64,000 nt of DNA from Bryobacterales bacterium (GTDB taxonomy: Bacteria > Acidobacteriota > Terriglobia > Bryobacterales > Bryobacteraceae): NCBI GenBank assembly GCA_963802915.1, contig CAWDKQ010000010.1, positions 204,457 to 268,456 on the forward strand, written 5' to 3'. Below, one piece after another: positions 1 to 13,358 of the stretch. Within the stretch, counting starts at the first letter, position 1. Each line of letters opens with the position of its first letter. The notes below the pieces were generated by a model that was not told the DNA's origin, did no database searches, and worked only from the letters and a program-made list of their open reading frames with translations. Position numbers and translations under genes: made by a program.

Positions 1-3562
<3,562 letters not shown>

Positions 3563-3601
3563 ACATCCTTGGCCGTCCGAACGTCGAACTTATTTGAGCT
3601 C

Positions 3602-5254
3602 ATGAAGCCATTCGTTCTACTTGTGTGTTTGTTCGCGGGAGCCTTCCACGCGCAGGCGCAAGCCGTCAACGCGGCAAATTATCGCGTACCAGGGATACCC
3701 GGAGCCGGCGTCGCGCAAGGTTCGATTTTCATTCTCTACGGCACCTTTCTCGGTCCCGGCAGCCTCGTCCAAACCACCAGCCTGCCTTTGAAGACGACGC
3801 TCGGCGATACGTCGGTTAGCGTGACGGTCGGTGCGGTTACGGAAAACGCCTACATGGTCTATTCCTCTGCGAATCAGGTAGCCGCCGTACTCCCATCGAA
3901 CATGCCGGTAGGTGGAGGCTCCGTCACGCTCACCTACGTTGGCCGTTCCAGCAACGCGATCGCGATCCAGGTGGTGGCCAGTTCCTTTGGGACATTTTCC
4001 TTGAATCAAGCCGGCTACGGACCCGGCGTGATCCAGAACTACGACGCCTCCGGCAATCCGTCGACGAACACGATCAACAACTCCGCGCAACCCGGACAAA
4101 CGGTCGTGATCTGGGGGACGGGACTTGGCCCCATTACGGGTGACGATTCCACCACGCCCCCAGTCGGCAATCTTGACGTCACCGTGAATGTTTCCATCGG
4201 CGGCCAGGCGGCCACGGTTCTTTACCAGGGCAGATCCGGATACCCCGGCGTGGATCAAATCAACGTCACGGTTCCCACGGGTGTGACCGGCTGTTACGTC
4301 CCAGTGGATGTCAACGTAGCCGGCGTGGTTGCGAACTTCACGACAATGTCCATCGCGACCAATGGTGGAACCTGTTCCGATACGGTCAGCTTCGCCGCAC
4401 AGGACATCAACACGGCTGCCGCGAATGGGAAATCGAATATCGGTCTCATCGCGATTACGGATGTGACGAGCATCGCGAACACATCGAGCACTCCTATAAC
4501 GGACGGATACCAGATCGATCTGGGAACCGCGCAGTTTGAACACCGCACGCTCAGCTCGCTGCAGACGCTGCGCGGCGTAAACTATCCGGCGACTGCGTTA
4601 GGCACTTGTACGGCCGTGACGTTCCAGCTTAATTCGAGCAATCCGGATGTACTAGACCCGGGCGATCCGGCGGCGGCAAACTTCCTCAACGCCGGGCTGG
4701 CGATTGAATTCGAGGGCCCTGTGGATAACAAAAACCTGGGACTGCAAAGCTCGGGCATATACAACGGCACCATCGGCGGCGGGCTGTCGGGACAAGCGAC
4801 GCTTCCCGTATTCGTGACGCCGGGAGGGTTCGCGGTGATCGGAGGACGGTCGGGCGAGTCGGTCGGGCCGTTTCAAACGACGCTGCAACTTCCGGACGAG
4901 CCCACCTGGACAAACGAGAGCACCGCCGGCGCCGTGGTCCGTTCCACGCCCTTGCAAATCAACTGGAGCGGCGGCGACGCAACGCAAGAGGTCGCGATTC
5001 TGGTGGGAGAATCCACTGACACCACGGGCACAATTCGAGGCGTCTTCACTTGCATGGAGGACCTGAGCACGGGAACCCTGACCGTACCCGTGGATGTGAT
5101 GTCCACCTTGCCGGCCAGCGGAACCAGCGCTCTCCTGGAATTTGGAACGCTAACGCGCACCGACATCGCCCGGTTCACTTCGACCCCGCCAGGGCTCGAC
5201 GGCGCCTATTTTCAAATCGAACGTACGACGCGCATCGCAGCGACGTATCAGTGA
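3602..5254 (+). CDS. Secreted repeat protein with a TIGR03437-like (Solibacter-type) Ig-fold module
   Basis: Signal peptide MKPFVLLVCLFAGAFHAQA begins at ATG 3602 (the track ORF starts at TTG 3569). The pattern AANY..PG..PG.I..LYG..LGP...SVTVGG..A.V.Y....QINV.VP matches the family. There is no catalytic motif. Confidence 0.75.
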   Translation: MKPFVLLVCLFAGAFHAQAQAVNAANYRVPGIPGAGVAQGSIFILYGTFLGPGSLVQTTSLPLKTTLGDTSVSVTVGAVTENAYMVYSSANQVAAVLPSNMPVGGGSVTLTYVGRSSNAIAIQVVASSFGTFSLNQAGYGPGVIQNYDASGNPSTNTINNSAQPGQTVVIWGTGLGPITGDDSTTPPVGNLDVTVNVSIGGQAATVLYQGRSGYPGVDQINVTVPTGVTGCYVPVDVNVAGVVANFTTMSIATNGGTCSDTVSFAAQDINTAAANGKSNIGLIAITDVTSIANTSSTPITDGYQIDLGTAQFEHRTLSSLQTLRGVNYPATALGTCTAVTFQLNSSNPDVLDPGDPAAANFLNAGLAIEFEGPVDNKNLGLQSSGIYNGTIGGGLSGQATLPVFVTPGGFAVIGGRSGESVGPFQTTLQLPDEPTWTNESTAGAVVRSTPLQINWSGGDATQEVAILVGESTDTTGTIRGVFTCMEDLSTGTLTVPVDVMSTLPASGTSALLEFGTLTRTDIARFTSTPPGLDGAYFQIERTTRIAATYQ

Positions 5255-5279
5255 GCAAGGCCGTGACGACCGGCGAGGA

Positions 5280-7646
5280 TCAGGTCGCCGCCGGTTCCGG
5301 CGAACACGCGGTCTGCAGCGTCGATCTCAAAATCGCCTCAACATCCGGCGAAAGCTTCTTGCCTGCGCACGTGACGTAAAAAACGTCGAGCGCTTTATGA
5401 GCTTCGGTGTCGATCAGCACCACCTCGATGTTGCACCCCGCTGTCGAAATAGTGGAAGTCAGATCGTAGAGCAGACCGGGCCGGTCCTCGGCGATAATTT
5501 CCACCAGAGTGGCAGTAGCCGAAACGTCGTTGTTAAACGTGACCGACGGCTTCACCCGATTCATACCGGTGTGCCGGGGCCGCTTTTTCAAAAGCTGCTT
5601 GACGTCGATTTTCCCCAGCACGCACCGCGTTACCGTGTCCCGCAGCCTGTCCCCTTCACTCGGATTCAGCTCTAGCGTCCGCAGCGGGTCGGCGAACACG
5701 AAAGTATCGAGAATCAAGCCTTGCCGGTTCGCAAAGGCCTCGGCCTTCAAAATATTGACCCCGAAACTGGCAAGCGCGCCGGAGATAGAAGCGAGCAGAG
5801 CCGGACGGTCCGGCGCAATGACGGTCATTTGGTAAGTCCCGTTGGACTTCACGACGTCGATAGTGGTCCCGCTCCGCGCCTGCTCCATGTGCCGGTCGAT
5901 CTCGGCTTCCGAATGCGTGCGCAAATAGCGCGTCGGAAAGCCTTCTAGAAACTCCGCCCTCGGCGTGTGCGGCTGGGGCTGAATTCGCTCTGTTTCGAGC
6001 TCGCGCGTCAGCTCCGCGCTGGCAACCGCAAAAGCGCGCCAGAGTTGCGCCAGACGCCAGGGCGTCATAGCGGCCGGGTTCACCGAGCTGATATCGGCAT
6101 AGGTCAACAGCGTGAGCAGCTTCAGTCGTTCCACCGTGCCCACCTGATCGGCGATGTGGCGCGCCGTGCCCGGATCGCCCAAGTCGCGCGACGTCATGAC
6201 CGAAGAAAGATCCAGATGATGGCGAATCAGGAATTCGACCGTCGCGCGATCCGCGGCGGGCACGCCAAAGCGATTAAATACCGCCTTGGCGATTTCAGAC
6301 GAGCGCGCCACATGATTGCCTGAACCCTTCCCGATATCGTGCAGCAGTAGCGCCAGTCGCAGCAAATCCGGACGATCCACTTCCGAAGCCAGTTCCGCGA
6401 AACGAACGCGCAGCCCCTCTTTGGCATCAGCAAGATCTTCTAGCGACCGCAACGTGAGCAGCGTGTGCTCGTCGACCGTGTAGCGATGGTAAAAGTCGCG
6501 AACCACCAGACAGTCGATATTCTTCCACTCGGGAATAATCTTTTCGAGAACGCCTGTTTCCTGCATCGCGCGCATCCCGACGCTGCAATGTGGCATTGAG
6601 AGCAGCTCTCGCATATATCCCCACGGAGGCGCGACCGGAGTGCATTCGGCAAGACGCCGTTCGGTATCGGCGGCCAACGGCATTTTGTGGCGCGAAATGA
6701 ATACCATCAGGCGCATCACCAGACCGGGATCGGCTTCCAGGCGCTGCGGATCGCGCAAATAAACGCGCTCCCGCGATACGGTGAACTCGGTATTCGAGAC
6801 GCGGGCGCGCCAATCACGAAACTGCGATAACAGGCCGGCATTGGCGCTCTCCACGGCATCCATGGCGCGCGTCGCGGTGCGGAATATTTCGCGCGCATTG
6901 CGATAATAACCGCGCATCCAGGCCGCTGGCGTCTCGGAAAGCATTTCCTGCGCCTCGAAACTCAAAACGTTGTTATCGCGCCTCGAAAAATCGTGCAGGA
7001 AAACCCTCACCGAGTAGACGAACGCACGAGCCTGCGCGGTAGCGTTTAGAATATCCTGCGCGCCGGCGGCTCCGATTTTCTGAAGCCAATGAATGACATG
7101 AATATCGCGCAGAGCGCCGGGATGTTCCTTAACATTGGGCTCGAGATGATAGATGGTGTCCTGATATTTGGTGTGACGCTCCCGCGCAGCCTTGCAGAGG
7201 TCATACGCGATGGTCGCCTTCTGCGCGGCAAGAAACTTCGGGAAGCGCTTTTCGAGATCGGCAAATCGCGACGCTTCCCCGCAAATGTAGCGCTGATCGA
7301 GCAGGCTGATAGTCAGTTCCAGATTGCCGTCGTGCAACTCGCAGCAATCTGCCACGGTGCGAACCGACTGGCTGACCCGCAGCCCGCCATCCCACAGAAT
7401 CCGGCAAAACTCGGAGATCGAGCTTTTCGATTCCGGATCGTCCGGCAGGCGATCCACCAACAGCAGCAGATCGACATCGGAGTAAGGGAACAGCTCCCGC
7501 CGGCCGTAGCCGCCAACAGCCACCACGGTGACGTTTGGCATGGTCTGTTCGAATGCAACCATCACTGTCCGGTCCACGCTCGCCGCGCGATTCGCCAGCA
7601 TCGTGACGGCGGTTGCCGGATCAAAGCTCTTTAGTGCAACGTTCAA
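5280..7646 (-). CDS. glnD: [Protein-PII] uridylyltransferase / uridylyl-removing enzyme GlnD
   Basis: Nucleotidyltransferase motif GGYGRRELFPYSDVDLLLL, HD domain (LLLHDIGKG) and two C-terminal ACT-like segments. The start overlaps the stop of the upstream PII gene by 4 nt. Confidence 0.9.
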   Translation of the reverse strand: MNVALKSFDPATAVTMLANRAASVDRTVMVAFEQTMPNVTVVAVGGYGRRELFPYSDVDLLLLVDRLPDDPESKSSISEFCRILWDGGLRVSQSVRTVADCCELHDGNLELTISLLDQRYICGEASRFADLEKRFPKFLAAQKATIAYDLCKAARERHTKYQDTIYHLEPNVKEHPGALRDIHVIHWLQKIGAAGAQDILNATAQARAFVYSVRVFLHDFSRRDNNVLSFEAQEMLSETPAAWMRGYYRNAREIFRTATRAMDAVESANAGLLSQFRDWRARVSNTEFTVSRERVYLRDPQRLEADPGLVMRLMVFISRHKMPLAADTERRLAECTPVAPPWGYMRELLSMPHCSVGMRAMQETGVLEKIIPEWKNIDCLVVRDFYHRYTVDEHTLLTLRSLEDLADAKEGLRVRFAELASEVDRPDLLRLALLLHDIGKGSGNHVARSSEIAKAVFNRFGVPAADRATVEFLIRHHLDLSSVMTSRDLGDPGTARHIADQVGTVERLKLLTLLTYADISSVNPAAMTPWRLAQLWRAFAVASAELTRELETERIQPQPHTPRAEFLEGFPTRYLRTHSEAEIDRHMEQARSGTTIDVVKSNGTYQMTVIAPDRPALLASISGALASFGVNILKAEAFANRQGLILDTFVFADPLRTLELNPSEGDRLRDTVTRCVLGKIDVKQLLKKRPRHTGMNRVKPSVTFNNDVSATATLVEIIAEDRPGLLYDLTSTISTAGCNIEVVLIDTEAHKALDVFYVTCAGKKLSPDVEAILRSTLQTACSPEPAAT

Positions 7647-7981
7647 AGCGCTCCTTCACCACGATCGTCATTGCGGATGCGAATTGCGTCCGCGACATCG
7701 TACACAAAAACCTTGCCGTCGCCGATCTTCCCGCTGCGTGCGGCCTCCACCAGGGTCCGGATGATCTCCTCGGCGCGATCGCTGGGCACCACCATCTCCA
7801 GCTTCATCTTCGGAAGCAGGTCTACCTGGTATTCCATTCCCCGGTAGACTTCTTTGTGACCCTTCTGGCGTCCATGGCCGCGAACTTCGAGCACGGTCAT
7901 GCCATCCACGCCGATCGCCTTCAAAGCTTCCCTGACCTGCTCCAGCTTGTGAGGTTGGATGATTGCTTCTATCTTTTTCAT
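7643..7981 (-). CDS. glnK: Nitrogen regulatory protein P-II (GlnK type, Amt-linked)
   Basis: 112 aa, MKKIEAIIQPHKLEQVREALKAIGVDGMTVLEVRGHGRQKGHKEVYRGMEY, with the T-loop Tyr in the conserved position. It lies immediately downstream of amt. Confidence 0.95.
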   Translation of the reverse strand: MKKIEAIIQPHKLEQVREALKAIGVDGMTVLEVRGHGRQKGHKEVYRGMEYQVDLLPKMKLEMVVPSDRAEEIIRTLVEAARSGKIGDGKVFVYDVADAIRIRNDDRGEGAL

Positions 7982-7995
7982 GTTTTCTCCTGAGA

Positions 7996-9354
7996 CTACG
8001 CGTCGAAATTATACCCCTCTTCGCCGTGCATGCTGAGGTCTAAGCCGTCGATCTCATGCTCGCGCGAGACGCGGACACCGATTAAGACGTCGCAGATTTT
8101 CAGGATTACGATGGTCCCCGCCGCCGCGAGAGACCAGGATATGAGAACACCCAACAGCTGATTGAACACTTGGCCGGCGTTTCCATCGACCAATCCGAGG
8201 GGTTTATTTCCGCCGTTGACCAGATATGTCGCGAATACGCCTGTGAGGAGCGCGCCGATTGTACCGCCGGCGCCGTGAACACCAAAGGCGTCGAGAGAAT
8301 CGTCGTAGCGGAATTTCGTTTTTACCGCGGTGACCATGAAATAGCAGATAATCCCCGCCGCGAATCCGATGAGCATCGCCGGGAACGGCTTGACGAAACC
8401 GGAAGCCGGCGTGATAGCGACCAATCCCGCGACCGCACCCGAGATACCGCCCAGAACACTTGGTTTCCCATTCGAGAGCCACTCGGCAAGAAGCCATCCC
8501 AAAGTTGCGGCCGCGGCGCCGAAGTGCGTCGCGACAAAAGCGCTGGTAGCCAGACCCGAAGCCGCTAGCGCGCTGCCCGCATTGAATCCGAACCAGCCCA
8601 CCCACAACAGGCACGCGCCAATAAAACTGAGCACCAGGCTATGCGGCTTCATCGGCTCATGTGGATAGCCCTCGCGCTTGCCCAGATACAGCGCGCAAAT
8701 CAACGCCGATATTCCCGAAGTGATGTGCACCACTGTGCCTCCCGCAAAATCGAGACACGGGATCTTGCCTCCGGAGAAAGCATTGAGCAGTCCTCCTTTT
8801 CCCCACACCATGTGAGCCATGGGAAAATACACAAACAGCATCCACAGCACCATGAACAAAAGCATCGCGCTGAATTTCATCCGCTCAGCGAATGCGCCCG
8901 AGATCAGAGCCGGCGTGATGATTGCGAACATGAGCTGATAAACCATGAAAGTCTGGTGCGGGATGGTAGCCGCATAGTCAGGATTCGGGGCGTTGCCGAC
9001 ACCGTTCAGAAAGGCATAGCCGAGTCCTCCAATGAATGGCGTTCCTTCGGAAAACGCGAGGCTATATCCCACAACCGCCCATAAGACCGATACAACGGCC
9101 ATCAAACTGAAGCTTTGCATCATAGTGCTCAGAACGTTTTTGCTACGAACGAGACCACCATAGAAAAGCGCAAGGCCGGGTCCGGTCATTAACAAGACCA
9201 ACGCGGCGCTGACCAACATCCACGCGTTGTCTCCGGCGCTTTGTGCGGCGGATATGCGAGCATCCACGGCGGGAGAAATAGTCTCCGCCGAAGCAACTAG
9301 GCTCGTCAACGCGAGCGTGGATACAATTCTACCTGGCAGATAGCGACATGGCAT
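7996..9354 (-). CDS. amt: Ammonium transporter (Amt family) with a cleavable signal peptide
   Basis: 452 aa and about 11 TM segments. It carries DFAGGTVVHITSGISALICALYLGKR and the twin-His region typical of AmtB. Confidence 0.95.
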   Translation of the reverse strand: MPCRYLPGRIVSTLALTSLVASAETISPAVDARISAAQSAGDNAWMLVSAALVLLMTGPGLALFYGGLVRSKNVLSTMMQSFSLMAVVSVLWAVVGYSLAFSEGTPFIGGLGYAFLNGVGNAPNPDYAATIPHQTFMVYQLMFAIITPALISGAFAERMKFSAMLLFMVLWMLFVYFPMAHMVWGKGGLLNAFSGGKIPCLDFAGGTVVHITSGISALICALYLGKREGYPHEPMKPHSLVLSFIGACLLWVGWFGFNAGSALAASGLATSAFVATHFGAAAATLGWLLAEWLSNGKPSVLGGISGAVAGLVAITPASGFVKPFPAMLIGFAAGIICYFMVTAVKTKFRYDDSLDAFGVHGAGGTIGALLTGVFATYLVNGGNKPLGLVDGNAGQVFNQLLGVLISWSLAAAGTIVILKICDVLIGVRVSREHEIDGLDLSMHGEEGYNFDA

Positions 9355-9430
9355 GATCCATGATGGTCCATGCGTCTCACAAAGTGAAAGCGGAAACTTC
9401 TATAAGGTGGATAGGTTATTTCTATGTCTT

Positions 9431-9775
9431 TTATACGACAAGCATTTCGGCTTCTTCTAAGGCACGCCGCACGTCTTCATTTGGGGCTTTCCAGCGGTAT
9501 CCGCAGGCAAATTCGACTCCAATGGAATACTTGGAACCTTTTGGGGCGCAGCATCGCACTGTAGCTCTCGCCTGCAATCCCAATTTATCGCCGCGCACGC
9601 TGACGTCAGCCCGAATCGGCAGCGGTTCCCACAGCTCGAAACTCATGCCCGATTCCGATATGTCGAAAGACCGGGTCAGGGCGGATTTGTCGGTTCCGCG
9701 ACTGTCCTGCCAGCCGACGCGGATCGTCGCCGCAAAGGGTTTCCGGGTGTGTCGCCGTTGGTTTCGCCTTACCAT
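9431..9775 (-). CDS. Single-domain PilZ protein (putative c-di-GMP receptor)
   Basis: 114 aa with both PilZ signatures: RRHTRKP (RxxxR) and DISESGMSF (D/NxSxxG). It is co-directional with amt and 76 nt upstream of it. Confidence 0.75.
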   Translation of the reverse strand: MVRRNQRRHTRKPFAATIRVGWQDSRGTDKSALTRSFDISESGMSFELWEPLPIRADVSVRGDKLGLQARATVRCCAPKGSKYSIGVEFACGYRWKAPNEDVRRALEEAEMLVV

Positions 9776-9866
9776 GCCACACCTGAAAGATCGGCTAAAG
9801 CTCCCGAATCTTTAACTACGGTAACGGTTAGTTCCTGCAACACGAGAAATCGTCAGGTACACTAGT

Positions 9867-10307
9867 ATGCTAATGCCAACTGAGGCTCCCAGCCTAGCCG
9901 CTGAGATACTTCTTCTGGAACAGGACGCCGCACAAGTTGTTGTCTTCGAAGAGGCGACAGAGAGCACGCACCTCAACGTAGTCAAGGAATGCGCATCGAT
10001 ACTCGACTTTTTGCGGAGGCAGGGTAAGCACTCCGAAGCCCCCCGGCCCGACCTGATCCTTCTCGATCTCGACCTCTCGGACAAAGAGGGATGCGAAATG
10101 CTGTCCGACATTAAGAAGGACTCACAGCTTCGGAGGATACCGGTCGTGGTTCTGGCGGCCTCCGAATCGTATGAGGATGTTTTTCAGGCCTACGACCTGC
10201 ATGCGAACGCTTATATTTGCAAGCCCGACGACCGCGACGAGTTCGTAAGAGTGCTGCGCGCCACGCTCCATTTCTGGCTTGCACTGGCTCGTTTGCCCCG
10301 AGGTTGA
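9867..10307 (+). CDS. Receiver-domain protein (Rcp1-like) with a degenerate acid pocket
   Basis: Aligns colinearly with the next gene. It reads ILLLEQDAAQ where the neighbour has ILLVEDSPSD, and VLAAS where the neighbour has VLTTS. The Asp in LILLDLDLS and the Lys in YICKP are retained. Confidence 0.75.
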   Translation: MLMPTEAPSLAAEILLLEQDAAQVVVFEEATESTHLNVVKECASILDFLRRQGKHSEAPRPDLILLDLDLSDKEGCEMLSDIKKDSQLRRIPVVVLAASESYEDVFQAYDLHANAYICKPDDRDEFVRVLRATLHFWLALARLPRG

Positions 10308-10323
10308 ACGAGGTTAAACACGG

Positions 10324-10959
10324 ATGAAACAACGACCGATTGAGATTCTGCTTGTGGAAGACAGCCCCTCCGACGTCTGGCTGACGCGGCAAGCACTGCA
10401 GGAGGGCGTCGTCCCGAAGCGCGTCAGCGTCGTCAACAACGGCGAACAAGCCATCGATTATCTTCGCCAACGCGGTCCCTACGCCAGTTCTCCGCGTCCC
10501 GATCTCATTCTTCTCGACCTCAACCTCCCGCGGCTCACCGGTCTCGAAGTTTTGCGTGAGATTAAGAGCGACCCTGACTTGAAGACCATCACGGTGATCG
10601 TGCTCACCACTTCCGAAGCCGCCATCGACGTGAACACCGCGTACGATCTAAACGCAAATTGTTATGTCGTGAAACCGGTGGACTACGAGCAGTTCACGGT
10701 AGCCATCCGGGGCATTGAGGAATTCTGGATGGGTCTGGCTTCGCTGCCCAGCTTTTCGGGACCGTCCGTTTCCGAGGACGGGCACAAAGACGAAGCCTCG
10801 GCAAACGGCGGACCTTCGGCCCAACAAAAACCCTCCTCGCATGTTGCGACAAATTTCGGGTTGCGCCAGAGAAGGCACCTACGCGTCCGGCCTGCGCGAT
10901 GCGCGCGACGCCGGAGTTATCAATCGACATTCGTGTTTCGCCATAAGCGGCCGCGTTAG
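10324..10959 (+). CDS. Single-domain response regulator (Rcp1-like) with a long basic C-terminal tail
   Basis: ILLVEDSPSD, LILLDLNLPRLTG, VLTTS and YVVKP form a complete CheY-type residue set. About 65 extra Ser/Arg-rich residues follow the usual ...FW..LASLP end. Confidence 0.85.
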   Translation: MKQRPIEILLVEDSPSDVWLTRQALQEGVVPKRVSVVNNGEQAIDYLRQRGPYASSPRPDLILLDLNLPRLTGLEVLREIKSDPDLKTITVIVLTTSEAAIDVNTAYDLNANCYVVKPVDYEQFTVAIRGIEEFWMGLASLPSFSGPSVSEDGHKDEASANGGPSAQQKPSSHVATNFGLRQRRHLRVRPARCARRRSYQSTFVFRHKRPR

Positions 10960-12549
10960 TCAGTTCGAAAGAGGCAAATCGACCGTGATCGGCGCATGAT
11001 CCGAAATGCCGTCGGGAATGGCATTATTCAGATCGCGCATGGTCATCGGAAAATGTGGCGCGAACCGGTAGCTCATGCCTTCTCCGCGCGGTCGGGGGAT
11101 GTACGGTTTTACGAAAAACCAGTCCAATTTATAACGCCCTACCAGGCCGCCGAAATCGCGCTTCAAGGTAAAGGTCGGTTCAAATCCTTTGCGGGCCCGC
11201 TGGTTGCTGTTCGCCAGGGTTCCACCCTTATCGTGCCGGTTGCGCTCTGTTTCGCCGCGGAAATCAAACGCGTTTCGATCCACGAATCGAAATCGCTCGA
11301 CATGCCGGAAGAGGATCGCCTCCTTATTCGTGGCAACCACGGGAAGATGAGCGGCCGTGGGATCGCGATAATTCTTGAAGTAGTTTACCGGCGTCAAAAC
11401 GGCCAGCGGAAGAGATGCGGGCGTTCCCCATTTGAGCGCCTGAGTCACCCAAAACTCATAGTTCTTAACGCGCTTCATAATTTCCCGGCGAATCGACGTG
11501 GGCGTGCCGTCGGTCCCCGTGGTATTTAAATCACCGGCCACGATTACCGGATGCTCCATTTCTTTGATCTGCGACAGCAGTTCGTCCATCTGCCTGGCGC
11601 GGCATCCGGGCTTGCATTTGTTTTCGAGATGAACGTTGACCACCGTTGCGACGCCCTCCCGCAAATCCGGAATCTTCACATCGGCAATGATTGCCATCCG
11701 CCCACCCCGGCGGACTTCCCGTTCGATTCGTTCCAGGAAAACCTTGTTCGCGGCAAGACGCTTGCCCTTTTCGAGCTTCGAGATCTCCGCCCTTTCCGTA
11801 CCAAACCAATCGTGGCAAACTGGAAGTCGAAAAATGCGGGCGTTCGCGATCGGGTAGTGGCTCAGGATCGCGCTTCCATGAAGACCTAAATAACGATCCG
11901 GATCAGGCCTCAATTCTTCCCGCATTTGGTGAGCGAGCGCAGGATCATCGAGTTGGACCTTTTCAACTCCCAGGTCGCCCAACCGGTCCACTTCGACAAA
12001 CTCCACTCCGAACACGTAATTCATTCCCAGGGCGTGGGCGAGATCCCGGGCGACATCGCGATAATCGGTCCGCTTCATGCCGAGATCCACTTCGTTCAGC
12101 ACCACAATATCGGCATCGCGCAGCGTCTTCAATTGCCGTTCGATTGCTGCTTGCCTGGCCGGATCCAGCGCCCGTTGCCGCGCGGCGGCCTGCTGGAATC
12201 CATCGGGATCGGAAAGGGCCAGCCGGATCAGATCGAAATTCAAGCCGCGTTCGATATTCCACGATGCGACGCGCAAGACCGGTCCAAGCCCGTCAACCAA
12301 GGGACGATGGGGCGACACGCCGGCGAGAGTCGCATCGTTGCTCACGATCGGTGTCGAGAGAAGCGTGTCAAGTTTTTCCTCTAATGCTGCCGGAGCACCG
12401 CCATTCGACAGCGCGACTAATTCATCGAACTTGAAAAACTCCGGTGCTCTCGCCGGAGCGGGTTCTCGAGCTGCCGCCAAGAGCGAAAATGTCGCACAAA
12501 GCGCTACAACTTGGCGTTTATTCATAGCTCTTAGCGGTGCATTCTCCAT
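10960..12549 (-). CDS. Secreted endonuclease/exonuclease/phosphatase (EEP) family protein
   Basis: Signal peptide, then VASWNIERGLNFD, DADIVVLNEVD and the C-terminal ISDHAPITVDL motif of the EEP fold. Confidence 0.85.
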   Translation of the reverse strand: MENAPLRAMNKRQVVALCATFSLLAAAREPAPARAPEFFKFDELVALSNGGAPAALEEKLDTLLSTPIVSNDATLAGVSPHRPLVDGLGPVLRVASWNIERGLNFDLIRLALSDPDGFQQAAARQRALDPARQAAIERQLKTLRDADIVVLNEVDLGMKRTDYRDVARDLAHALGMNYVFGVEFVEVDRLGDLGVEKVQLDDPALAHQMREELRPDPDRYLGLHGSAILSHYPIANARIFRLPVCHDWFGTERAEISKLEKGKRLAANKVFLERIEREVRRGGRMAIIADVKIPDLREGVATVVNVHLENKCKPGCRARQMDELLSQIKEMEHPVIVAGDLNTTGTDGTPTSIRREIMKRVKNYEFWVTQALKWGTPASLPLAVLTPVNYFKNYRDPTAAHLPVVATNKEAILFRHVERFRFVDRNAFDFRGETERNRHDKGGTLANSNQRARKGFEPTFTLKRDFGGLVGRYKLDWFFVKPYIPRPRGEGMSYRFAPHFPMTMRDLNNAIPDGISDHAPITVDLPLSN

Positions 12550-12797
12550 TCCCGTCCGCCGCGGCGCCCAACTGCTTCAGTTCTGAAGGAATCGTCGCAA
12601 TAGCGGTCTGAGAAGCATGTCAGGTCCGGATGTTCGTGTCGTAAAGTTGCGTCTCCGGTCGTTGCGGCTCATTCGGAGCGCCACCAGCAAACCGCCCCTA
12701 AACTACTGAGGACATGCCCGGCATGGCGATTCCCGCATCCGCGCCACCTTTGGCGGATCGATTGCCATTTTTGAGGTCGAGGGTGAACGAGAAACAA

Positions 12798-13358
12798 ATG
12801 AAGAGCAATTGGATGCAAAGAGTTTCCAGGTTCGGAATCGCGGCGCTGTTCGTCGCCGCTTGCGCCTTGGCACAGGATCATAAGTGGGCCGGCAGGACGC
12901 TCGATAAGTTCGAGTGGACCATCCATGAGCGGCTCGCCGCGCTTCCGTCCTACGGAGTATTCGACACAGTCAGGTTCGAAGTGCAAGACAAGACCGTGAC
13001 TTTGACGGGCCAGGTCGTCAAAGACACCGTTAAGCAGAATGCCGAACGCTTGGTTAGGCAAATTAGCGGCGTCGAGGGCGTGGTCAACCGGATCGAGGTG
13101 CTGCCTTCGTCGCGGCGGGATGATGCGCTGCGCATGAATGTATATCGCTCCATCTATGAGAAGGAGCCGCTGGAAAAGTACGGCACTCGCGGCGCTCCTG
13201 CCATTCACATCGTCGTCAAGGACGGCTGGGTGACGCTCGAAGGCGTAGTAGATTCCGACAGCGATCGCAGCCTGGCGCAGCGCCGCGCTTTGGAAGTGAC
13301 CGCGCACGTTTCCGACAATCTTCGAGTCGCGCCCGCTGAGTACCTGGGGAGTTTATGA
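12798..13358 (+). CDS. Secreted double-BON-domain protein (OsmY-like)
   Basis: Signal peptide MKSNWMQRVSRFGIAALFVAACALAQ from ATG 12798, with GAGG upstream. Two BON units are present (VTLTGQVVKDTVKQNAERLVRQISGVEGVVNRIEV and VTLEGVVDSDSDRSLAQRRALEV). Confidence 0.85.
   Translation: MKSNWMQRVSRFGIAALFVAACALAQDHKWAGRTLDKFEWTIHERLAALPSYGVFDTVRFEVQDKTVTLTGQVVKDTVKQNAERLVRQISGVEGVVNRIEVLPSSRRDDALRMNVYRSIYEKEPLEKYGTRGAPAIHIVVKDGWVTLEGVVDSDSDRSLAQRRALEVTAHVSDNLRVAPAEYLGSL

Noticed and set aside
9825-9839. Sigma-54-like element CGGTTAGTTCCTGCA upstream of the receiver genes
   Set aside because: The GG-to-GC spacing is one nucleotide shorter than the TGGCAC-N5-TTGC consensus, and the flanking bases match poorly.
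10762-10959. The basic tail of the second response regulator as evidence of a pseudogene
   Set aside because: No alternative frame in this stretch shows recognisable sequence, and there is no disrupted domain. It is kept as an intact CDS with an unusual tail.
12669-13307. 212-aa minus ORF
   Set aside because: It is antisense to the BON-domain gene, which has a signal peptide and two clear BON units.
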